A DNA stretch of 64,000 nucleotides from Escherichia virus TH15. The notes beneath the pieces are model-generated. The model worked only from the letters and a program-made list of their open reading frames with translations. It did no database searches and was not told where the DNA came from. A program made the position numbers and the translations under genes. Positions 45,426-55,801 of the stretch are shown one piece after another (the first letter of the stretch is position 1; each line of letters begins with the position of its first letter). The stretch lies in the sequence record MT446392.1; one strand, 5' to 3'.

Positions 45426-46441
45426 AAATTTTAAATTTAGGTGATTGGCACTTAGGTGTCAAAGCTGACGACCCATGGGCTCAAAACATTCAACGCGATG
45501 GTATTTTACAGGCGATTGCATATTCCAAGGCAAATGGGATTAAAGTCTGGATTCAATATGGTGATATTTTTGACGTCCGTAAGGCCGTAACGCATAAGAC
45601 GATGGAATTCAGCCGCGAGATTATGGAACTCCTTCGTGAAGCAGGAATTACTATGCACACGATAGTCGGGAACCATGACATGAATCTGAAGAATAAGATT
45701 CATCCTAATGCTATCACTGAACTCCTGAATAAGTATGACCATGTTAAAATCTACGACAAGCCAACGACTGTTGATTTTGACGGTTGTCAGATTGATATGA
45801 TTCCATGGATGTGTGACGAGAACGCGACTGACATTCATCAACACATCAAAACTTCTGGTGCCGAATATTGCATCGGTCATTGGGAATTAACTGGGTTTTA
45901 TTTCTATAAAGGATTGAAATCTCACGGACTTGAGCCTGATTTCCTTAAGAAGTACAAGCAAGTTTGGTCTGGTCACTTTCACACCATTTCAGAAGCTGCA
46001 AACGTTAAGTACATCGGTACACCATGGACATTAACAGCAGGTGATGAGAATGACCCGCGCGGATTCTGGGAATTTGATACCGAAACCGAAGAGATGAAAT
46101 TTATTCCGAATGAAACCACCTGGCATCGGAAGATTTTCTATCCAAACGAAACTATTAACTACGACGACTTCAAAGACTTATCAGTCCGTGTTATTGTAGA
46201 AAAAGTCGATAAAGACCTGACCAAGTTCGAATCTGAATTAGAAAAGCGTGTGCATGAATTGCGTGTTGTCAATAAGGTTGATAACAGTGTTGATACATCA
46301 GATTCCGAAGAAGAGTTAGACATAAAACGCTTAACTGATATGATGGCAGAATATATCGATGCATTACCTGATGCCAATGAGAAAGAATCAAAAGCTCTCA
46401 AAGCATTGGCCAACAAATTATATCTTGAGGTGCAACCGTGA
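45422..46441 (+). CDS. 47: recombination nuclease subunit gp47 (Mre11/SbcD-like)
   Basis: Start at Met 10 of ORF 45395..46441 gives 339 aa as in T4 gp47; N-terminal LNLGDWHLG metallophosphoesterase motif. Confidence 0.85.
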   Translation: MKILNLGDWHLGVKADDPWAQNIQRDGILQAIAYSKANGIKVWIQYGDIFDVRKAVTHKTMEFSREIMELLREAGITMHTIVGNHDMNLKNKIHPNAITELLNKYDHVKIYDKPTTVDFDGCQIDMIPWMCDENATDIHQHIKTSGAEYCIGHWELTGFYFYKGLKSHGLEPDFLKKYKQVWSGHFHTISEAANVKYIGTPWTLTAGDENDPRGFWEFDTETEEMKFIPNETTWHRKIFYPNETINYDDFKDLSVRVIVEKVDKDLTKFESELEKRVHELRVVNKVDNSVDTSDSEEELDIKRLTDMMAEYIDALPDANEKESKALKALANKLYLEVQP

Positions 46442-46701
46442 GACTTTATGATTTTAATGAAGCGGGACTTGAACATATCCGCGAATGTGATGTGGTTGAC
46501 GATGATAACCAACCGAATACGATTAAGTATTGGTTTGAAGCCATTACTGACCGGGAAACCGGCCAACTTATCAAAGTCTATGTAGTCACTGATTGGGCTG
46601 TAGAATTTAGCTTTAATGTAATGGAAGATGATACTCCAGAGACATTAATTCATATGGCTGAATCATGTATCAAGGATGCTTATTACGATGAAGACTTTTA
46701 A
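46438..46701 (+). CDS. hypothetical acidic small protein
   Basis: 87-aa ORF between genes 47 and 46. Confidence 0.45.
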   Translation: MRLYDFNEAGLEHIRECDVVDDDNQPNTIKYWFEAITDRETGQLIKVYVVTDWAVEFSFNVMEDDTPETLIHMAESCIKDAYYDEDF

Positions 46702-48370
46702 GCTAAAGAAAGTTATCTATAAAAATATCATGTCAGTTGGAGCGCAAGCAATTACGGTTCAACTTGATAAAGTCCAGAAAACTCTGGTGACCGGTAAGAA
46801 CGGTGCAGGTAAATCAACCTTCCTTGAAGCCGTTACATTTGCATTGTTTGGTAAGCCTTTTCGTGATGTTAAGAAAGGGCAGTTGATTAACTCGAGCAAC
46901 AAAAAAGATATGCTCGTTGAATTGTGGATGGAATATGATGGAAAAGAATACTATATCAAGCGTGGGCAAAAACCCAATGTTTTTGAAATCTCTTGTGGCG
47001 GTGAACGTCTTGATGAATCTGCCAGCAGTAAAGACTTCCAAGCAGAATTTGAACAGCTTATCGGAATGTCATACGCCAGTTTCAAACAGATTGTCGTGCT
47101 CGGCACAGCTGGATATACCCCTTTCATGGGCCTATCCACTCCTGCAAGAAGAAAACTTGTCGAAGACCTGTTAGAGGTTTCTGTACTGGCGGATATGGAT
47201 AAGCTGAACAAATCTCTTATCCGTGAAGTCAACAGTCAAATCCAGGTGATTGATGTTCAGCATGATGGTGTTGTGCAACAGATTAAAATCTACCAGGACA
47301 ACGTTGAAAAGCAGAAAAAATTATCAGGTGATAATCTGCTGCGGTTGCAAACGATGTATGATGATTTGGCTTCAGAAGCTCGTGATATCAAATCAACGAT
47401 TGATGAAGCAACGACAAGATTGACCGAGATTATTTTGGGCGAAGACCCTGAACAGGAACTGACGAAAGTCAAGCAAGAATCGTTCCTGATTAAATCGAAA
47501 ATCGATAGCTTCCGTAAAGTAATCGGTTTGTACGAGAAAGGCGGTTGTTGCCAAACGTGTTTGAGTCAATTGTCGCCAGGAGACTCCATAGTCCCCAGGA
47601 TTGAGACAAAGATTGAAGAGTATAATCGTGAGTCTGATAGCCATAAAGCTCTCCAGGCCTCCATTCAGGAGCGATTTGATGCGTACGCTGAAGCAAGACA
47701 AAACCAACGTACAATAGCTCAAGAGATTCAAACTAAGAAACAAACATTAATCCAGACTGTGGATAAAGCTAAAAAGGTTAAGACGTTAATTGAACAAGCT
47801 AAGTCTGAATTCATTGACCATGCCGATGATATTAAAACGCTTCAAGACCAGCTTGATAAAATAGTCAAACAGAAATCTGACCTTGTTATGGAAAAATATC
47901 AACGTGGTATCTTAACTGATATGTTGAAAGATTCTGGAATCAAAGGCGCGATTATTAAGAAATATATTCCTATCTTTAATAAGCAAATTAATGCTTATCT
48001 GAAAGTTATGGAAGCTGATTATAGTTTTACGCTTGATGAAGAATTCAACGAAACAATTAAATCTCGTGGGCGTGAAGACTTTAGCTATGCATCATTTAGC
48101 CAGGGTGAAAAAGCTCGTATCGATATTGCATTGTTGTTTACATGGCGTGATATTGCTGCGAAAGTATCTGGTGTGCAAATTAGTACGTTGATTCTGGATG
48201 AGGTCATGGATTCAGCCACTGACGCCGAAGGCATCAAAGCTATCCAGGCAATTATCAATAAATTAGAAGGTCAAAACGTGTTTATCATTAGCCATCGTGA
48301 ACACGACCCAGAAGCATATGGGCAGCATCTTCAAATGAAAAAAGTTGGTCGATTTACTGTTCTGGAATGA
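46688..48370 (+). CDS. 46: recombination nuclease ATPase subunit gp46 (Rad50/SbcC-like)
   Basis: Start at Met 5 of ORF 46676..48370 gives 560 aa as in T4 gp46; Walker A GKNGAGKST; closely parallels T4 gp46. Confidence 0.9.
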   Translation: MKTFKLKKVIYKNIMSVGAQAITVQLDKVQKTLVTGKNGAGKSTFLEAVTFALFGKPFRDVKKGQLINSSNKKDMLVELWMEYDGKEYYIKRGQKPNVFEISCGGERLDESASSKDFQAEFEQLIGMSYASFKQIVVLGTAGYTPFMGLSTPARRKLVEDLLEVSVLADMDKLNKSLIREVNSQIQVIDVQHDGVVQQIKIYQDNVEKQKKLSGDNLLRLQTMYDDLASEARDIKSTIDEATTRLTEIILGEDPEQELTKVKQESFLIKSKIDSFRKVIGLYEKGGCCQTCLSQLSPGDSIVPRIETKIEEYNRESDSHKALQASIQERFDAYAEARQNQRTIAQEIQTKKQTLIQTVDKAKKVKTLIEQAKSEFIDHADDIKTLQDQLDKIVKQKSDLVMEKYQRGILTDMLKDSGIKGAIIKKYIPIFNKQINAYLKVMEADYSFTLDEEFNETIKSRGREDFSYASFSQGEKARIDIALLFTWRDIAAKVSGVQISTLILDEVMDSATDAEGIKAIQAIINKLEGQNVFIISHREHDPEAYGQHLQMKKVGRFTVLE

Positions 48371-48375
48371 GCCTC

Positions 48376-49092
48376 TTATTGAGGCTTCATTTTGCAGTTA
48401 TCAAAATGCCAACGTTTCATATTAGCTGGTGTACCGACTACATTACAGTGTGGACACTGAATTTTGGGGTCCACCTTTTTCTTCCGGTTTGGATTGGATT
48501 TGCAGAATTGTCGGTGAGTGGATATAACACACTTTTTACCTTCAATACCACAAAATTCACAAGTTAAAATTTCATGTTTAGCTTGTTTTAATCCTACTGA
48601 AATTTTTTGCTTTCGTTCTTCTGAAATAGTATGAACAACCTTGTTTGGACCTTTGGAACAGTTATCAAAATGCCAACGATTCATATTGCCAACGAGACCG
48701 GTTTTTCCACAATGTGGACATTCAACTCTCGGTTTTAATTTGGCAGATTCTGACATTTTCTTTCTGGTTTCATCGGAGAAAATTTTATTTTGTTGAGCTT
48801 CCAAGTTTTTACGACGAAGCCATCCAAATAATTTGTTTTTGCTTCTGTCGGTGTTTGGTGCAGAAACTGTCATCATGCGTGCGGCATAGACCAAAGAAGC
48901 ATTATTTGGATGCATTTTGACCAACAGTTGATGACAAACGAAATGTTCCTCGGGAGTTAAATCAACAAGATTTGAAGCGTCGTCTGCCCCACCCATACAA
49001 CGGGGTATAATGTGATGACTTTCAGAGTATGTGGTTAATTTGCGATTCAATGCTCTGCTAATAAGCTTTTGGTAAATGATGTTATAATTCAT
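48376..49092 (-). CDS. HNH homing endonuclease with repeated C-terminal zinc-finger-like motifs
   Basis: Start at Met 68 of minus ORF 48376..49293: MNYNIIYQKLISRA...ESHHIIPRCMGG is the typical HNH start; three CPHCG...NMxRWHFDNC-type repeats follow. Confidence 0.7.
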   Translation of the reverse strand: MNYNIIYQKLISRALNRKLTTYSESHHIIPRCMGGADDASNLVDLTPEEHFVCHQLLVKMHPNNASLVYAARMMTVSAPNTDRSKNKLFGWLRRKNLEAQQNKIFSDETRKKMSESAKLKPRVECPHCGKTGLVGNMNRWHFDNCSKGPNKVVHTISEERKQKISVGLKQAKHEILTCEFCGIEGKKCVISTHRQFCKSNPNRKKKVDPKIQCPHCNVVGTPANMKRWHFDNCKMKPQ

Positions 49093-49329
49093 ATCAGACC
49101 CTTGTTTGATACTGCAACGGATAATATTATTTATGAGCAATTTTTTAACCGGGCAGCATTTACTGGCTGTCCCCGAAATTAAACGATATGTGTTAGTTAA
49201 TACCTTTTCGAAAGATGAACACCTAGTTACTGAACGTGACTTACAAAACGCTTTCGGTGAAGAATATGTTAAAATAATCGCGAACAGACACAAAGCCTGG
49301 TTCGCATATGAATACTTTGATTAATTGAA

Positions 49330-49755
49330 TTGAATAGAGAGAATATTATGAACAACGTAACTGCTAAAGATATCCAAGTTAAAACCATCCGCACCGACGC
49401 TAACCCACATAACCAAAACCGCATCCGTAAATCCTGGGTCCTGGCATGTGATGAAGTATCTGCCACCCGTCTGAAATCACTTCCTCAAGAAGTTAAATTT
49501 ATGTTGTATGGTGTTATTGATACTGATGTATCTGATAAGTGGATTGAACTGATGCAACGTCATTACACCGAATCTCTGGCAGCTGGTGCTAAACTGGTTA
49601 TCGACCGTGACGGCTCCGAACGTCTAGAAGATGATTACTGTGTTGACTTCGATGACCACCTGGTCCAAGCTGGTTCTATTATTGCTGCGCAACTTCCAGA
49701 GTATATTGAATCTCTTCCGGAAGCTATCCGCAAACAAATGGCAGTTGTTGCGTGA
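49330..49755 (+). CDS. hypothetical protein (position corresponds to T4 rpbA/45.2)
   Basis: 141-aa ORF upstream of the gene 45 cluster. Confidence 0.4.
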   Translation: MNRENIMNNVTAKDIQVKTIRTDANPHNQNRIRKSWVLACDEVSATRLKSLPQEVKFMLYGVIDTDVSDKWIELMQRHYTESLAAGAKLVIDRDGSERLEDDYCVDFDDHLVQAGSIIAAQLPEYIESLPEAIRKQMAVVA

Positions 49756-50639
49756 ATTTGATTTATAAAATAACCTTTATAACAAGGGAACAAAATAACG
49801 AATTCCCTTGTTATTATATTGGTTCAAAGGTTGATGCGACATTTAACGGTCAAAATATTCTCGACAAAAATAATAAAATTTATACAGGTTCTCCGAATTC
49901 AAAATACACTAAGCTGTATAATGAATTGATTGATAGAGGTGACTATATTGTTACTATCATTGGAGAAACAAAGCAGGACCCAAGAAAAATAGAAAATATT
50001 TTTCAAATGTCAGTTAAAGCTGTAACCAATGAGAAGTACTTTAATAAAACGTATGCTCACGACCAAAGCCGGTATGATGCTCCTGGATATGCTCCATACC
50101 GAAACTTGAAAACAGGTAAAGTCGTTAAATTGCATCCATCTGAACTTACATCTGATTATGTTGGTGTTCGTAAAGACTGCTCAATTTCGGATAAGCACAT
50201 TCAAGCAATTAAAGACTTTCAAAAAGAATATTGGACTGCCGAAGCTCGACAAGCAAGGTCTATTGAAGTCAAAAATCGTTATAAAGATGCCGAGTATGCT
50301 TTAAAATTCAAAGTTATAATGAATACATCTGAAGTATACGAAAAATATTTAAAATCAATTACTGAATATTGGAATAATTCAGATAATAGAATAAAGGCTT
50401 CAAAACGAGCAACTGAAAGAAATGCTAGTCCTGAGTTTAAAGAAAAATTTAGGAAATCCAAAGCAAGGGGAACCTGGTTGCAGTATGAAGATGAACTTAA
50501 AACATTGTGGAATGCTTTAGGTCAACCGGGGTATATTAAGTTTAGAAAACACGCCATTGAACATGGGTTTAATGATGAAAATTATCAGGGTGCAATCCGG
50601 TCCTGGTCAAATTATTATGTTAATAGGAAAATGAAATGA
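49752..50639 (+). CDS. GIY-YIG homing endonuclease (Seg-like)
   Basis: 295 aa; N-terminal LIYKITFITREQNNEFPCYYIGSK is a GIY-(13 aa)-YIG module; lysine-rich repeats follow. Confidence 0.6.
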   Translation: MNLIYKITFITREQNNEFPCYYIGSKVDATFNGQNILDKNNKIYTGSPNSKYTKLYNELIDRGDYIVTIIGETKQDPRKIENIFQMSVKAVTNEKYFNKTYAHDQSRYDAPGYAPYRNLKTGKVVKLHPSELTSDYVGVRKDCSISDKHIQAIKDFQKEYWTAEARQARSIEVKNRYKDAEYALKFKVIMNTSEVYEKYLKSITEYWNNSDNRIKASKRATERNASPEFKEKFRKSKARGTWLQYEDELKTLWNALGQPGYIKFRKHAIEHGFNDENYQGAIRSWSNYYVNRKMK

Positions 50640-51331
50640 AATTTAGTCGTGACACCATCGCAGTTCTGAAAAACTTCACCTCCATCTACTCTGGCATTAT
50701 GCTTAAGCCGGGTAATACCATCTTGACTCGTTCCGTAACTGGAGCGTCATATGGCGAAGCCGAAATCAATGATACAATTGACTTTGAAGCTGCGATTTAT
50801 GACCTGAACGGCTTCTTAAGTATCCTGGGCCTGGTAACTGACCAAGCTGAAGTATCTCTAGCTGAAGACGCATCAAACATCATTATCAAAGACCAACGTT
50901 CAACGATTCACTGGCCTGCAGCAGACCCGAGCACTATCGTGTTCCCTGCTAAGAAGATTCCTTTCCCGGTAGCTAAGGTTATCTTCGACCTGAAAGGCAG
51001 TGACCTGCAGCAGCTTCTGCGTGTGGCTGGTGGTTTGTCTCTGGATACTTTTGCAATCACCAACAAAGACGGTAAGATTGTTATCCATGGTTATAACCAG
51101 CTCGAAGATAAAGAATTAGCGCGTCCATTGTATTCCCTGGTGTGTGGTGATTACGAAGGTGATGCAGCGTTTAAATTTATCATTAACAAACTGAACATGA
51201 AAATGATTCCGGCTGATTACCGTGTTATGCTTTGGGCGAAAGATGATAAATTTGCTACGAAGTTTGAAGGCACACAAGCAAGTTATGTGATTGCAATGGA
51301 ACAAGGCTCTAGCCACGAATTCCAAGATTAA
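50636..51331 (+). CDS. 45: sliding clamp gp45
   Basis: 231 aa; MKFSRDTIAVLKNFTSIYSGIMLKPG...IHWPAADPSTIVFP... closely parallels T4 gp45. Confidence 0.9.
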   Translation: MKFSRDTIAVLKNFTSIYSGIMLKPGNTILTRSVTGASYGEAEINDTIDFEAAIYDLNGFLSILGLVTDQAEVSLAEDASNIIIKDQRSTIHWPAADPSTIVFPAKKIPFPVAKVIFDLKGSDLQQLLRVAGGLSLDTFAITNKDGKIVIHGYNQLEDKELARPLYSLVCGDYEGDAAFKFIINKLNMKMIPADYRVMLWAKDDKFATKFEGTQASYVIAMEQGSSHEFQD

Positions 51332-51385
51332 TAAATGGGGCTTCGGCCCCATGGAGTATTGAGTAGAAACTAATGAGGAAAATAT

Positions 51386-52345
51386 ATGTTAACGGTTAAT
51401 GACAAAGAATTCATGTGGGAACAAAAATACCGCCCAGGTACATTATCAGAGTGTATTCTGCCGGCTCATGATAAAGAAACATTAGAGGCGATTGTTAAAA
51501 AAGGTTTGATTCCTAACTTGATTCTGGTCAGTAGTTCCCCTGGTACTGGTAAGACAACAGTTGCGAAAGCTATGTGCGCGGATACGAATTCTGATATGCT
51601 GTTTGTTAACGGCTCCGATTGCCGAATTGACTTTGTGCGTAATGAATTGACTCGCTTTGCATCATCCAAATCAATCGAAGGACGCCGTAAGGTAATCGTG
51701 ATTGACGAGTTCGACCGCGCGGGTCTGGCGGAATCCCAGCGACACCTCCGTAGTTTCATGGAAGCTTATTCAAGCAACTGTTCTATCATTATGACCGCGA
51801 ACAACATCGATGGTATCATCACTCCATTGCAGTCCCGTTGTCGTGTGATTAAATTCGGTGAGTCAACCGATGAAGACCGCACCTCCATGCTTAAGCAGAT
51901 GATTCATCGTTCAGTGGCTATCTGTAAGAACGAAGGTGTTGAAATCGAAGACCTGAAAGTTGTTGCTGCCCTGGTTAAGCATAACTTCCCGGACTTGCGT
52001 AAGACAATTAACGAGCTTGACCGTTACTCTGCGAAGGGTGTTATCGATTCTGGTATCTTAAGTATCGTGACAAATAATCGCACTCCAATCGATGATGTGA
52101 TTGATGCCCTTAAAGACCGTAACTTTAAAGTTCTTCGTGGTCTGGCACCGAAATTTGCAAACGATTATTCAAACTTCATTGCCAAGCTCGCTGATGAAAT
52201 GTATGGCAAACTGACTGGTGCAAGCATCATCCGTATGTATGAAATTGTGGGTGAGAACAATCAGTATCACGGGCTGGCAGCGAACACCGAAGTTCACCTG
52301 ACCTACTTGTTTGCTCAACTGGCTGGGGAAATGAAATGGCTGTAA
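51386..52345 (+). CDS. 44: clamp loader large subunit gp44
   Basis: 319 aa as in T4 gp44; Walker A SSPGTGKTT; conserved position. Confidence 0.85.
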   Translation: MLTVNDKEFMWEQKYRPGTLSECILPAHDKETLEAIVKKGLIPNLILVSSSPGTGKTTVAKAMCADTNSDMLFVNGSDCRIDFVRNELTRFASSKSIEGRRKVIVIDEFDRAGLAESQRHLRSFMEAYSSNCSIIMTANNIDGIITPLQSRCRVIKFGESTDEDRTSMLKQMIHRSVAICKNEGVEIEDLKVVAALVKHNFPDLRKTINELDRYSAKGVIDSGILSIVTNNRTPIDDVIDALKDRNFKVLRGLAPKFANDYSNFIAKLADEMYGKLTGASIIRMYEIVGENNQYHGLAANTEVHLTYLFAQLAGEMKWL

Positions 52346-52914
52346 GTCTCTTTGATGATGACGTTCAATTAAACGAACATGAGGTTGCGTGGAAATCACG
52401 CGACTTTAACAAAATTCAGGAATTGTCTGATTCATACAAAGAGAAAGCCGAAAATGAATTGTTTGCGATTCTTAATGATGTCACCGTGAGTAAAAAGCCT
52501 CGGTGTCTGATTCAATCGGAAAACTATAATAAATTTTGGTTGGACAATGCCCTGAGCCAACATGTTGATTGTATTATGCAGGTCAATGTGATGAACTTAA
52601 TCGGGGCCGGGTTAACAGACCAGCAGCATTACAATTATCTGTTGCATGCAGTTCCACAAGGCAAGCGTTATGGCAAATGGGCGAAGGCTGAGCCGGATGT
52701 AGTCAGCGTCCAGCTTGTGTTAAAGCTTTTAATGAAATATTATACAATTAATGCAGATGATGCTTTGATGTATATGGAAACATTGAAAGTCAAAGGTAGT
52801 CTTAAAGATGTTTTGAAAAAGACAAAGGGTCTGGTGACGGATGAATTCTTAAAGACCGTTACCAGTAATGTGAAAGAACAAAAAGAAATTAAAAAACAAA
52901 TATTGGAATGGTAA
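52336..52914 (+). CDS. 62: clamp loader small subunit gp62
   Basis: 192 aa (T4 gp62 about 187 aa); overlaps the gene 44 stop; conserved position. Confidence 0.8.
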   Translation: MAVSLFDDDVQLNEHEVAWKSRDFNKIQELSDSYKEKAENELFAILNDVTVSKKPRCLIQSENYNKFWLDNALSQHVDCIMQVNVMNLIGAGLTDQQHYNYLLHAVPQGKRYGKWAKAEPDVVSVQLVLKLLMKYYTINADDALMYMETLKVKGSLKDVLKKTKGLVTDEFLKTVTSNVKEQKEIKKQILEW

Positions 52915-52915
52915 A

Positions 52916-53284
52916 ATGATTGAAATTACATTAAAGCAACCTGAAGACTTCCTGAAAGTTAAAGAAACTCTGACCCGTATGGGCATCGCAAATAATAAAG
53001 ACCGTGTGCTGTACCAGAGCTGTCACATCCTCCAAAAGCAAGGTCGTTACTATATTGTTCACTTCAAAGAAATGCTGCGCATGGATGGCCGCCAGGTGGA
53101 TATTGATGGCGAAGACTATCAGCGCCGTGATTCCATCGCTCAACTGCTCGAAGACTGGGGCTTAATCGCTATCAAAGAAGAAGAGCATAATGAATTGTTC
53201 GCAGTAACAAATAACTTCCGTGTTATCTCATTCAAACAAAAAGACGACTGGAAGCTCGTGGCCAAATATACAATTGGAAATTAA
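52916..53284 (+). CDS. regA: translational repressor RegA
   Basis: 122 aa; MIEITLKQPEDFLKVKETLTRMGIANNKDRVLYQSCHILQK... closely parallels T4 RegA, same length. Confidence 0.9.
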   Translation: MIEITLKQPEDFLKVKETLTRMGIANNKDRVLYQSCHILQKQGRYYIVHFKEMLRMDGRQVDIDGEDYQRRDSIAQLLEDWGLIAIKEEEHNELFAVTNNFRVISFKQKDDWKLVAKYTIGN

Positions 53285-53285
53285 T

Positions 53286-53504
53286 ATGAATACTGAAATT
53301 AAACAAGAATTGATGAATGACATTAAAGTTGCTTATGGATTGACTGAAGACCAGACCGTATTTGACCTTGATGAAGATTTACAGCTAGAATTCCAAAAAG
53401 AATTTGAAAGGGCTGTTAATCCAAACTGCAAAGTTTTCCAAGCCGTTATTAAAACTATTACATCCGAAGGCGTAAGGTATACTCGTCATGCGGTAGAAAT
53501 TTAA
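53286..53504 (+). CDS. hypothetical small protein
   Basis: Start at Met 23 of ORF 53220..53504, right after the regA stop. Confidence 0.4.
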   Translation: MNTEIKQELMNDIKVAYGLTEDQTVFDLDEDLQLEFQKEFERAVNPNCKVFQAVIKTITSEGVRYTRHAVEI

Positions 53505-53509
53505 AGCAA

Positions 53510-53529
53510 AGGGACTTCGGTCCCTTTTG
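53510..53529 (+). terminator. UUCG-loop hairpin / weak terminator upstream of gene 43
   Basis: AGGGAC-TTCG-GTCCCT followed by TTTGT; then TAGTATAAT -10-like element at 53531-53538. Confidence 0.45.
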
Positions 53530-53589
53530 TAGTATAATAGCGTCAAGTCATAAAACAAAAGTCAATCACTCGACTATAAAGGAAACCAA

Positions 53590-55113
53590 ATGCAAGAATT
53601 TTATTTAACTATCGAACAAATCGGTGACAACCTGCTCGAACGGTACATTGACAAGAATGGTCATGAACGTGTTCGTGAAATCCCTTATGCTCCATGCTTG
53701 TTTATGCATGCTCGCGAAGACCAGGCTGCAAAGTATACAGACATCTATAATAAAGGTTGTGTGAAAAAAGAATTCGATTCCATGCGTGATGCATCCCAGT
53801 GGATGAAGCGCATGAACGATATGGGCCTCGAAGCTATGGGTATGGACGATTTCAAACTCGCGTACCTGAGCGACCGTTACCCACATGAAATCAAATACGA
53901 TTCAAGTAAAATCCGTGTGGCTAACTTCGATATCGAGGTGACATCTCCTGATGGGTTCCCTGAGCCGTCTGAAGCACGTCACCCTATCGATGCCCTGACG
54001 CACTATGATTCGGTAGACGATAAATTCTATGTCTTTGACCTTTTGAGCTCGCCATACGCCACTGTGGAGCAATGGTCTATTGATATTGCTGCTAAGCTGC
54101 AGGAAGATGGCGGTGATGAAGTCCCCGAAGAAATCCTGGAAAAAATTGTTTATATGGCTTTCGATTCAGAAGAAGAAATGCTCCAGCAGTATTTGGTATT
54201 CTGGAACGAGAAAACTCCGGTTATGTTAACTGGTTGGAACATCGAGAAATTTGATATTCCGTATATCTACAACCGCATTAAAAATGTATTTGGTGAAGCT
54301 ACGGCCAAACGTCTGAGCCCACATCGTCGTACAAAAGTTAAAGTCATTAACAACGGCTTTGGTGAAGAACAAGAAATCATTCAGATTCTGGGTATCTCTG
54401 TTCTGGATTATCTGGACCTGTACAAAAAGTTCAGCTTCACAAACCAACCGTCTTACTCGTTGGACTATGTTGCGGAATCTGAGCTGGGTGTTGGTAAACT
54501 TCCGTATGATGGCCCGATTTCTAAATTACGTGAATCCAATCACCAGCGATACATCAGCTATAACATCATTGACGTTTATCGTGTTGTGCAGATTGACCGT
54601 AAGCGACAGTTCATTAACCTGAGCCAATCGATGGGTTATTATGCAAAGATGCAGATTCAGTCTGTATTCAGCCCAATCAAAACTTGGGATGCGATTATCT
54701 TTAACAGTCTGAAGACTCAAAACAAGGTTATCCCTGAAACCAAATCACATGTTCGTCAATCGTTCCCTGGTGCATTTGTTAAGGAACCGATTCCGAACGC
54801 ATACAAATATGTAATGAGCTGTGACTTAACATCTCTGTATCCGAGCATCATCCGACAGATTAACATCAGTCCAGAAACGATTGCCGGGTCATTTGCACCA
54901 GCCCAGATGCACGAATACATCGCAGGAACTGCTGACCGTCCATCTGATGCATTTAGTTGTGCGCCAAATGGTATGATGTATTTTAAAGATGTTGCGGGTA
55001 TTATTCCGACAGAAGTTGAGAAAGTTTTTAATCAACGAAAAACCGAAAAGAAAAAGATGTTGGCGGCACAACGTAATAGTGAATTGATTAAAGAAATTTT
55101 ACATGGAAAATAA
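53590..55113 (+). CDS. 43: DNA polymerase gp43, N-terminal segment (exonuclease and N-terminal domains)
   Basis: 507-aa ORF ending in a stop; contains B-family polymerase N-terminal and 3'-5' exonuclease regions (e.g. FDIEV); continues in ORF 55791..56966. Confidence 0.85.
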   Translation: MQEFYLTIEQIGDNLLERYIDKNGHERVREIPYAPCLFMHAREDQAAKYTDIYNKGCVKKEFDSMRDASQWMKRMNDMGLEAMGMDDFKLAYLSDRYPHEIKYDSSKIRVANFDIEVTSPDGFPEPSEARHPIDALTHYDSVDDKFYVFDLLSSPYATVEQWSIDIAAKLQEDGGDEVPEEILEKIVYMAFDSEEEMLQQYLVFWNEKTPVMLTGWNIEKFDIPYIYNRIKNVFGEATAKRLSPHRRTKVKVINNGFGEEQEIIQILGISVLDYLDLYKKFSFTNQPSYSLDYVAESELGVGKLPYDGPISKLRESNHQRYISYNIIDVYRVVQIDRKRQFINLSQSMGYYAKMQIQSVFSPIKTWDAIIFNSLKTQNKVIPETKSHVRQSFPGAFVKEPIPNAYKYVMSCDLTSLYPSIIRQINISPETIAGSFAPAQMHEYIAGTADRPSDAFSCAPNGMMYFKDVAGIIPTEVEKVFNQRKTEKKKMLAAQRNSELIKEILHGK

Positions 55114-55801
55114 ATTGCATTTTGTGTATAAAATTACAAATAACATTAATGGTAAAATTTACATCGGTGTTCACAGCACCGATGATATTAATGATGGATA
55201 TTTGGGCAAAGGTACTTTAATTCAGAAAGCTATTAAAAAATATGGGAAATCTAATTTTAAAAAGGAAATTTTGGAATTTTTCGAGGACCGCACTTCAGCC
55301 TTTGACAAAGAGCGAGAGCTTGTAACCAGAGAATTTGTCAGTTTGACAACAAACTATAATTTAAAAACTGGCGGCGAAGGTGGTGCAATGTATGGTAAAA
55401 CCAATCCGATGTATGGTCGAACATATAGGAAGTCGGAATCAGAGAAGACCCAAATTTCGTTGCGATTTAAAAATGTTCCCAAAACCAACCAGCACAAACA
55501 AAACCTATCCAATTCATTACTCGGTAAACCCAGACCGGACATCGCTGAGAGACAGCGCGGATTGTTACCCTGGAATGTTAATTCTATTCGCAATAACAAA
55601 ACCAGACTAAGAAAATTCGCCGACCTGGATATTATTTTCGATTATTGGTCTAGTCATAAATGTGGTGTTAAAGCATTAGCGAATTGGTATCAACTGGCGA
55701 CGTATAATGAATTAGCATCCGTTATGCGATTCATTAAAAAGTATGGTGACCCGCGACTGAATGGTGATTGGAAAAAATTTAAGGCTGACTATGAATATTG
55801 A
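55103..55801 (+). CDS. GIY-YIG homing endonuclease inserted within gene 43
   Basis: 232 aa; HFVYKITNNINGKIYIGVHS is a GIY-(10 aa)-YIG module; MYGKTNPMYGRT repeats; overlaps both polymerase ORFs by about 11 nt. Confidence 0.75.
   Translation: MENKLHFVYKITNNINGKIYIGVHSTDDINDGYLGKGTLIQKAIKKYGKSNFKKEILEFFEDRTSAFDKERELVTREFVSLTTNYNLKTGGEGGAMYGKTNPMYGRTYRKSESEKTQISLRFKNVPKTNQHKQNLSNSLLGKPRPDIAERQRGLLPWNVNSIRNNKTRLRKFADLDIIFDYWSSHKCGVKALANWYQLATYNELASVMRFIKKYGDPRLNGDWKKFKADYEY

Noticed and set aside
55103-55801. Group I intron or intein interrupting gene 43
   Set aside because: The endonuclease ORF overlaps both polymerase ORFs, leaving no non-coding intron core, and the insert is not an in-frame fusion with intein splice motifs; a physically split gene is the simpler reading.
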